Shown: piece after piece, positions 58,802 through 64,000 of the stretch
How positions within the stretch are numbered: position 1 is the first letter of the stretch
How the letters are laid out: each line of letters starts with the position of its first letter
NCBI GenBank assembly: GCA_963806325.1
Contig: CAWDXL010000021.1
Location: forward strand, 18,624-82,623
DNA length: 64,000 nucleotides
Source of the DNA: Candidatus Parcubacteria bacterium
Lineage (GTDB): Bacteria; Patescibacteriota; Minisyncoccia; Phycocordibacterales; JAKAEA01
Direction of reading: 5' to 3'
The notes under the pieces: generated by a model
Told to the model about the DNA's origin: nothing
Database searches by the model: none
The model's input: only the letters and a program-made list of their open reading frames with translations
Translations under genes and position numbers: made by a program

Positions 58802-59349
58802 ATGAAAGAAATAGAAGTTAAGGCACGCATAAAGAATGCAGAGCAGTTGTTCAAAAAGCTTGCATCTATTGGGTGCATATTGTCTGTACCGGTACGGCAG
58901 GCTGATACCGTCTACACAAGGATTCCCGCAAAGACCGTGGAAGACTATCTTAAAAATGATCATTTTGTGCGCATCCGAGAAAAAAGCGACGGAAGTTTTT
59001 TGTTTACGGTAAAGAAACCTATTTCCAGAGAATTTTTAACCAAAACTGAGCATGAGACTGAAGTAAAAGATATAAAAGAGCTTGAGGAGGCACTTTTTCT
59101 TATGGGATATCAGGTTTCAAATAAAGTTACCAAGCTTCGCCGCACCACGCATTTTAAAGATTTTGAAAATCTGTATTGATGAAGGTCGAAAAGATGGGTT
59201 CGTTTATTGAAATTGAAAAAATGTCGGAAGGAGATGCTGCTCTTGTGAGAAAAGAGCTGAATGAATTTCTCGTTGTGCTTGGCATTTCTCCCGATGATGA
59301 GGTGCATAAAGGCTACGATATTATGGCGATAGAGAACCAAACAGAATAA
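58802..59349 (+). CDS. CYTH-domain protein (CyaB-like/thiamine triphosphatase fold), with frame break(s) near 59165-59185
   Basis: N-terminus MKEIEVKARI (the ExExK motif). The downstream frame reads VEKMGSFIEIEKM...LGISPDDEVHKGY, which matches the CYTH C-terminal half. Confidence 0.7.
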
Positions 59350-59490
59350 TAATTATGAAAAAAGATGCACCATGGTGGCTATGGATCTGATACACAGGTA
59401 TGTCTTTATGTTGCAGTCATTGCTAATGATGAGCATGGTATACTGTACAGTACGGTCGTACATTATTATTTTTAATAAAAGATTATTTCT

Positions 59491-59700
59491 ATGAAACAAA
59501 TGAGTGTTCTCGGCTGGATCGCGTTTGTCCTCGTCGTCATTGGCGGACTAAACTGGGGTCTTGTCGGTGGATTCAATTTCGACTTGGTTGCTGCTATTTT
59601 TGGCGCAATGTCAGTTGTATCCCGTGTCGTATATGTGCTTGTCGGCCTCAGCGCTCTCTACATGATTGGCGTTGCATTTAGCAAGCCAAAGCAAATGTAG
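59491..59700 (+). CDS. DUF378-family small membrane protein
   Basis: 69 aa with the pattern (I)GG(L)NWGLVG.F.FDLV...FG. Confidence 0.75.
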   Translation: MKQMSVLGWIAFVLVVIGGLNWGLVGGFNFDLVAAIFGAMSVVSRVVYVLVGLSALYMIGVAFSKPKQM

Positions 59701-59734
59701 GATTGCTGTGCTCTCAATTCTTTGAGTTTCAAAA

Positions 59735-59766
59735 AACTTCCTGTGGTTGTCAGGGAAGTTTTTTGT
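59735..59766 (+). terminator. Rho-independent terminator candidate
   Basis: aacttcctg-tggttgt-cagggaagtt (one bulge) followed by ttttgtg. Confidence 0.6.
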
Positions 59767-59844
59767 GTCATGTGTTGACAGCCAGGAATGATTCAGATGA
59801 AAGATCACAAGTCTTACTTTTTTCTGGTATACTCCGCAGTATAA

Positions 59845-60459
59845 ATGGATCTTAAATCAACCTACAACAAAATAGCGGAAGACTGGTCTAAAGATCATGC
59901 CACGGATACATGGTGGCAGGAGGGAACGGATAAGTTTTTATCATTATTGCCAAAAGAATCAACGGTGCTCGATGTGGGCTGCGGAGGTGGAATTAAATCA
60001 AATTATATTGCTGGTAAAGGATATAGAGTGACCGGCATAGATTTTTCTGAAAAAATGATTGAAGTTGCACACAGGAAATTTCCCAAGATTGATTTTGATG
60101 TAGTTGATATTTATATGATAGATAAATATCAAAAGATGTTTGATGGTATTTTTGCTCAAGCAGTGTTGCTGCATATTCCGAAAAATAAAGTTATGGAAGT
60201 ATTGGAGAAAATAAAAGATAAACTGAAACCATGCGGTCTCTTATATATCGGTGTTAAAAAAATAAAAGATGGACAAATTGAAGACGAGAGTATAAAAAAG
60301 GAAAATGACTACGGATATGAATATGAAAGATTTTTCAGCTATTTTACTCCGGAAGAGTTAAAAAATTATATGAAACAGCTCGACATGGAAATAGTTTGGG
60401 AAGGGGTGACAACATCAGGCCGGGCCGACTGGATTCAAATAATTGGCAAAAAGAAATAA
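59845..60459 (+). CDS. Class I SAM-dependent methyltransferase
   Basis: Motif I VLDVGCGGG and motif II GIDFSEKMIEVA. Confidence 0.85.
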   Translation: MDLKSTYNKIAEDWSKDHATDTWWQEGTDKFLSLLPKESTVLDVGCGGGIKSNYIAGKGYRVTGIDFSEKMIEVAHRKFPKIDFDVVDIYMIDKYQKMFDGIFAQAVLLHIPKNKVMEVLEKIKDKLKPCGLLYIGVKKIKDGQIEDESIKKENDYGYEYERFFSYFTPEELKNYMKQLDMEIVWEGVTTSGRADWIQIIGKKK

Positions 60460-60462
60460 ACC

Positions 60463-60885
60463 ATGAAACCGATTGAACTGATTGCTCGGGGATTAATTGT
60501 GCGCAACGATAAGATATTGCTCTGCAAGAGTGTTGAGCATGATTATTATTTTTTGCCGGGCGGGCATATTGAATTCGGCGAAAGCACGGAAACAGCGTTG
60601 ATCCGCGAAATGCAGGAGGAGACCGGCACGGGCATTTCCAGTCTAAAATTTGTCGGAATATTCCAAAATATGTTTACGCAGGATGGAGAACTTCACCATG
60701 AGGTAAATATGCTCTACAGCGCAAAAATAAATACCGAACATATCGTGTCGCAGGAGAATCATATAGATTTTACATGGGCGAATGTGAATACGCTTTCAAG
60801 TATGAAATTTATTCCCAAAGAATTCGCGGAAAAAATAATGGCTTGGCATCAGGATAGGGAAGCACTATATTTTAGTACACTATAA
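60463..60885 (+). CDS. NUDIX hydrolase
   Basis: Nudix box GGHIEFGESTETALIREMQEETG. Confidence 0.85.
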   Translation: MKPIELIARGLIVRNDKILLCKSVEHDYYFLPGGHIEFGESTETALIREMQEETGTGISSLKFVGIFQNMFTQDGELHHEVNMLYSAKINTEHIVSQENHIDFTWANVNTLSSMKFIPKEFAEKIMAWHQDREALYFSTL

Positions 60886-60945
60886 AAAAGCCCGACCGCG
60901 CAGTGCGGAAGGGCTTTGTGTGTCGAATAGAACTGAATACGTCGT

Positions 60946-61746
60946 CTATTGCTTCTGCGGTGCCATCGCTGCCGCCAGCCGCTGCCATTCATTCTTTGGC
61001 TTCCAGACGACATTGCCGGCTCTGACATCTGTGGCAACTTCAGGATCGCCTTGTCGATACTGGGGGAAAGGTTTTTGGACTAAGCTGATCACCGGCAAGC
61101 TTATCGATTGTTCACCGCGAGACAGATGTAGAACCGTGCCTCGTTCTGCACCAGCAGATCGGTCCAAGAAACAAGCGATACCCGCGCACCGGGCACCATA
61201 TTTCTCAATAAGTGCCACAAGCGCACTGGTCGTCGAGAAGTTGTTGCAAACATCCTCGACAATAATCCAGTTTTCGTCGGCAGCCGGCTCATGACGACCG
61301 AAGACAAGTTCCGACTTTTCGCGCGAGCCTTCTGTGGCCACTGCCGCCACCTTTTTTTCGGGGAAGATGTACTGCATGTGGCCATACTGTGCAAGGATGA
61401 CAGCCAATGCCTTTCCTCCTTCTGGTGCGCCACAGAAACCATCAATCTCCCGCATGTCGAGAGAGTCTATAATCTGAGTTTGGAGCTTGCCGGCAAGCAT
61501 ACCGAGGACGATGCCGTATCGCTCTGCCATAGCGAAGTTAACGTAGACATCGCCAACGTACTGCTGGCCAAGTTCGTCCCGGCCAGCATAACCGACAAGA
61601 GGTCCGAGACGATTACCGCCGGTATCCCTCGGACATTCGTAGTAGCCACCGCATGCCCTCAGTAGATCTAAGGGTTTGCCTCTGTGATCATACTGAGCTG
61701 CTGTAGCGACTTGGTCTTTACGCCTTCTGATTTCTTTTCGCGACAT
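60946..61746 (-). CDS. Phosphoribosyltransferase, probably orotate PRTase-like
   Basis: PRPP-binding loop WIIVEDVCNNFSTTSA. It lies immediately downstream of pyrF on the same strand. At 266 aa it is longer than classic PyrE. Confidence 0.55.
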   Translation of the reverse strand: MSRKEIRRRKDQVATAAQYDHRGKPLDLLRACGGYYECPRDTGGNRLGPLVGYAGRDELGQQYVGDVYVNFAMAERYGIVLGMLAGKLQTQIIDSLDMREIDGFCGAPEGGKALAVILAQYGHMQYIFPEKKVAAVATEGSREKSELVFGRHEPAADENWIIVEDVCNNFSTTSALVALIEKYGARCAGIACFLDRSAGAERGTVLHLSRGEQSISLPVISLVQKPFPQYRQGDPEVATDVRAGNVVWKPKNEWQRLAAAMAPQKQ

Positions 61747-61757
61747 TTCGATCTCCC

Positions 61758-62735
61758 TTATCCGCCGCAGCGGATGGTTTGAATTTCCAAATTCATTCTG
61801 TCCACCTCGGCACGAGCAAAGGCAGGATATTCCATTTCGTCGACGCTCGGATCCCTCTTCTTTTGTTCGGCGAAGGCGAAAAGGATAGAGCGCGAAGCGT
61901 TGATGATAAGACCGTCTTGGTTGTTCGTGAGGCCAGCTTCAAGCACTGCTTTGAGTTCGCCACCCTGGGCTCCGATGCCCGGGACAAGAATCGGCATATC
62001 GCCTACAAGTTGACGTACTGTCGCTAGTTCTTGTGGGGCAGTTGCTCCAACGACGAGTGCACAGTTGCGGTTCTTGTTCCAGTGGCGTGCGACACGTAAT
62101 GCGACAAGCTGGTAGAGTGGAACAAGAAACATCCCACTTGAGTTGTTCGACCACTCGCCAACTGGTAGCGTACTCTCGGGTCCCTCCAGCGTGTCAGTAA
62201 GTTGGCCGATCGTTTCGAATGCTACTCTCTGATTTTGGAACTCCCTCGCGCCGGGGTTTGATGTCCGGCACAGGACGATGATACCCTTGTTTTCCTGATC
62301 AAGAAACGGTTTGAGCGCTTCTTCGCCGAGGTAAGGATTGACCGTAACAGCATCCGCATTGAACTCCTCAAATGCTTCTGCTGCGTAGCCAGCATTTGTG
62401 TTGCCGATGTCAGCACGTTTCGCGTCGAGAATGGTGGGAACACCCGGTACTCTGTGGTGCATGTAGGCGAATATCATTGCCAGGGTTCGTCGCAACCCCT
62501 TGTTTTTTCCTGAGAAAAAAGCGACGTTGGGTTTGAATGCACACACCGACATTCCCACTGCGTTAATGATTCCTGTGCTGAATTCGAGAATTGCCGTGTC
62601 GGCATGGTCTTCACCTCCAGCTTGCAAGGGAATGGGAAGCTTGGAGAATACGGGATCAAGTCCCGCACACACAAATTTGCCTTCCGCCCAGCGAGACGCG
62701 AGCATGGCCATGAAATTGGGCCCTACATTTGGCAT
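61758..62735 (-). CDS. pyrF: Orotidine-5'-phosphate decarboxylase (long, type 2)
   Basis: CAGLDP, FKPNVAFF and ILDAKRADIGNT motifs. The start is taken at MPNVGPNF (62735), with gaaagg upstream. The ORF track start at 62819 is an alternative. Confidence 0.85.
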   Translation of the reverse strand: MPNVGPNFMAMLASRWAEGKFVCAGLDPVFSKLPIPLQAGGEDHADTAILEFSTGIINAVGMSVCAFKPNVAFFSGKNKGLRRTLAMIFAYMHHRVPGVPTILDAKRADIGNTNAGYAAEAFEEFNADAVTVNPYLGEEALKPFLDQENKGIIVLCRTSNPGAREFQNQRVAFETIGQLTDTLEGPESTLPVGEWSNNSSGMFLVPLYQLVALRVARHWNKNRNCALVVGATAPQELATVRQLVGDMPILVPGIGAQGGELKAVLEAGLTNNQDGLIINASRSILFAFAEQKKRDPSVDEMEYPAFARAEVDRMNLEIQTIRCGG

Positions 62736-62854
62736 GATGACCAACCTTTCAATGTTCACGATACGGAAAAGCCGTATCAGCTTTCGGGAAATGTTTCCCT
62801 GTACGTCTCTAATACGCAATACTACCTACCCGAGCAATAAAGGCAAGTGAGGGA

Positions 62855-63184
62855 TCAAAGAAATTTCCTTCCATACGATTCCATAGTCTCAATAACACCG
62901 CGCAGAGCTTTACCATTTTTAGTGAGGGAGTATACGGCATGGGGCGGTTTGGCGGCTACTTCCTGGCGCTCTATCAATCCCTTTTCTTCAAGAAATTGGA
63001 GTTTTTTGGTAAGGGTGCGCGAGCTGACGCCTTTGAGTGATGTTTCGAAATCACCAAAACGTTTTGGTGCGGCCAAAAGGTCGCGGATAATGAGCAGTGT
63101 GCACGTGTCACCGATCAGATTGGCTGTCTTCGCGGTCGAGCAGCCGCCGCAAATACTTTTTTCTTGTTGTTTGGTGCGTAGCAT
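62855..63184 (-). CDS. HxlR-family transcriptional regulator
   Basis: 109 aa with C......(I)GD.W.LLI(I)R.L....RF..F......(I/V)S...L...L..LE..G(L)I.R, matching the HxlR winged-helix pattern. It is divergent from the nitroreductase gene. Confidence 0.85.
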   Translation of the reverse strand: MLRTKQQEKSICGGCSTAKTANLIGDTCTLLIIRDLLAAPKRFGDFETSLKGVSSRTLTKKLQFLEEKGLIERQEVAAKPPHAVYSLTKNGKALRGVIETMESYGRKFL

Positions 63185-63313
63185 ATATTTGTACTCAGGG
63201 TAGCATATATTTTGCTACTTTACAAAGTAAAGTGACAGGTCTATACTTAGCATTACTCATACGTAATTGTACGTATTTTATTAATATAATTATCCCGGAA
63301 GGGAATATACCTT

Positions 63314-63949
63314 ATGAAAAATCTTATTGATGGATTGAAATGGCGCTACTCGGTAAACAAATTTGATACAAATAAAAAATTAACCGACGAGCAGATTGCT
63401 GGGCTTGTGGATGCGGCAATCCTCGCCCCAACTTCATTTGGCCTTCAGCCATTTAAGATTATTGTTATTACCAATCCTGAGATTCGCGCCAAGCTTCAGG
63501 CTGCCGGCTATGGCCAGCCTAAGATCAGCGAAGCGTCACATCTTGTGCTTTTTGCGGTAAAGAAAAATATTGACAACAATCTCGTTGATGAATACATTAA
63601 GCTCGTTTCCGATATACGCGGCGTGCCAGTGGAAGGTCTCAAAGCATATGGAGATATGATCAAGAACTCTGCCGGATCAATGACAGAAGAAAAGAAAATA
63701 GAATGGGCAGGCCGCCAGGCATATATTGCACTCGGAGTATTAATTGCTGCCGCCTCGCTTCAGGGGATTGATTCAGCACCGATGGAAGGATTTGATCCAA
63801 AGAAATTCGATGAGATTTTAGGTCTTAATAAGCTTGGGCTTCAGTCACGCGTTGCAGTAGCTGTGGGTTTCCGTGATCCAAGCGATCCAAACGCCTCTTA
63901 CAAGAAAGTTAGACTCCCACACAAGGAAGCGGTTGTCGAAATTAAATAA
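63314..63949 (+). CDS. Nitroreductase-family NAD(P)H oxidoreductase
   Basis: RYSVNKF, APTSFGLQP and the C-terminal GFD pattern. 211 aa. Confidence 0.8.
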   Translation: MKNLIDGLKWRYSVNKFDTNKKLTDEQIAGLVDAAILAPTSFGLQPFKIIVITNPEIRAKLQAAGYGQPKISEASHLVLFAVKKNIDNNLVDEYIKLVSDIRGVPVEGLKAYGDMIKNSAGSMTEEKKIEWAGRQAYIALGVLIAAASLQGIDSAPMEGFDPKKFDEILGLNKLGLQSRVAVAVGFRDPSDPNASYKKVRLPHKEAVVEIK

Positions 63950-63960
63950 AATAAAAAGTA

Positions 63961-64000
63961 AAATCCCCCCGTATGTCATGTATGACATACGGGGGGATTT
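63961..64000 (+). terminator. Perfect 19-bp-arm palindrome after the nitroreductase gene (terminator candidate; window ends here)
   Basis: aaatccccccgtatgtcat-gt-atgacatacggggggattt. The downstream T-tract cannot be seen because the window ends. Confidence 0.6.

Overview
The window looks like chromosome from a small-genome, CPR/Patescibacteria-like bacterium. That placement is an inference from gene content and style, not a database hit.

Gene content, left to right:
- 1-8132: a type IV pilus operon with pilB, a CheY-like receiver, pilT, pilC, a major pilin, pilD and four minor-pilin-like genes.
- 8246-17773: two tandem giant paralogous surface proteins (1360 and 1808 aa) built from Ig-like repeat arrays.
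- 17806-22306: ligA, gatC, gatA and a membrane protein.
- 22361-25313: a tRNA cluster (two CAU tRNAs, Asp, and a Thr-GGU interrupted by a ~199-nt group-I-like intron) that also holds an unassigned ~400-nt candidate ncRNA.
- 25314-28959: a GC-richer island remnant bounded by an intron-less copy of the tRNA-Thr 3' half.
- 29100-37790: glycosyltransferase genes, a decayed Xer-like recombinase, tRNA-Thr(CGU), a short prfB, a repeat-flanked DUF559 cassette, ftsEX, pyrG and an NYN protein.
- From 38638: tRNA-Gln abutted by a large serine recombinase, opening an AT-rich accessory region that runs to about 53.7-55.8 kb. It carries a Rep-like gene, hairpin-rich noncoding regions, DUF4352, DUF4238, a transmembrane KAP NTPase, a PLP-enzyme/rhodanese fusion, a CooC-like ATPase, Fur, a deacetylase and YibE/F.
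- 55797-63949: housekeeping and miscellaneous genes.

Major caveat: at least ~20 genes or ORFs are split by frame breaks. All seven that I traced at nucleotide level sit in A/T homopolymer runs, and essential genes are affected (ligA three times, gatC). Most apparent pseudogenes are therefore probably assembly indel errors. No CRISPR array or rRNA was seen. UGA behaves as a stop codon and an RF2 gene is present, so the standard code applies.
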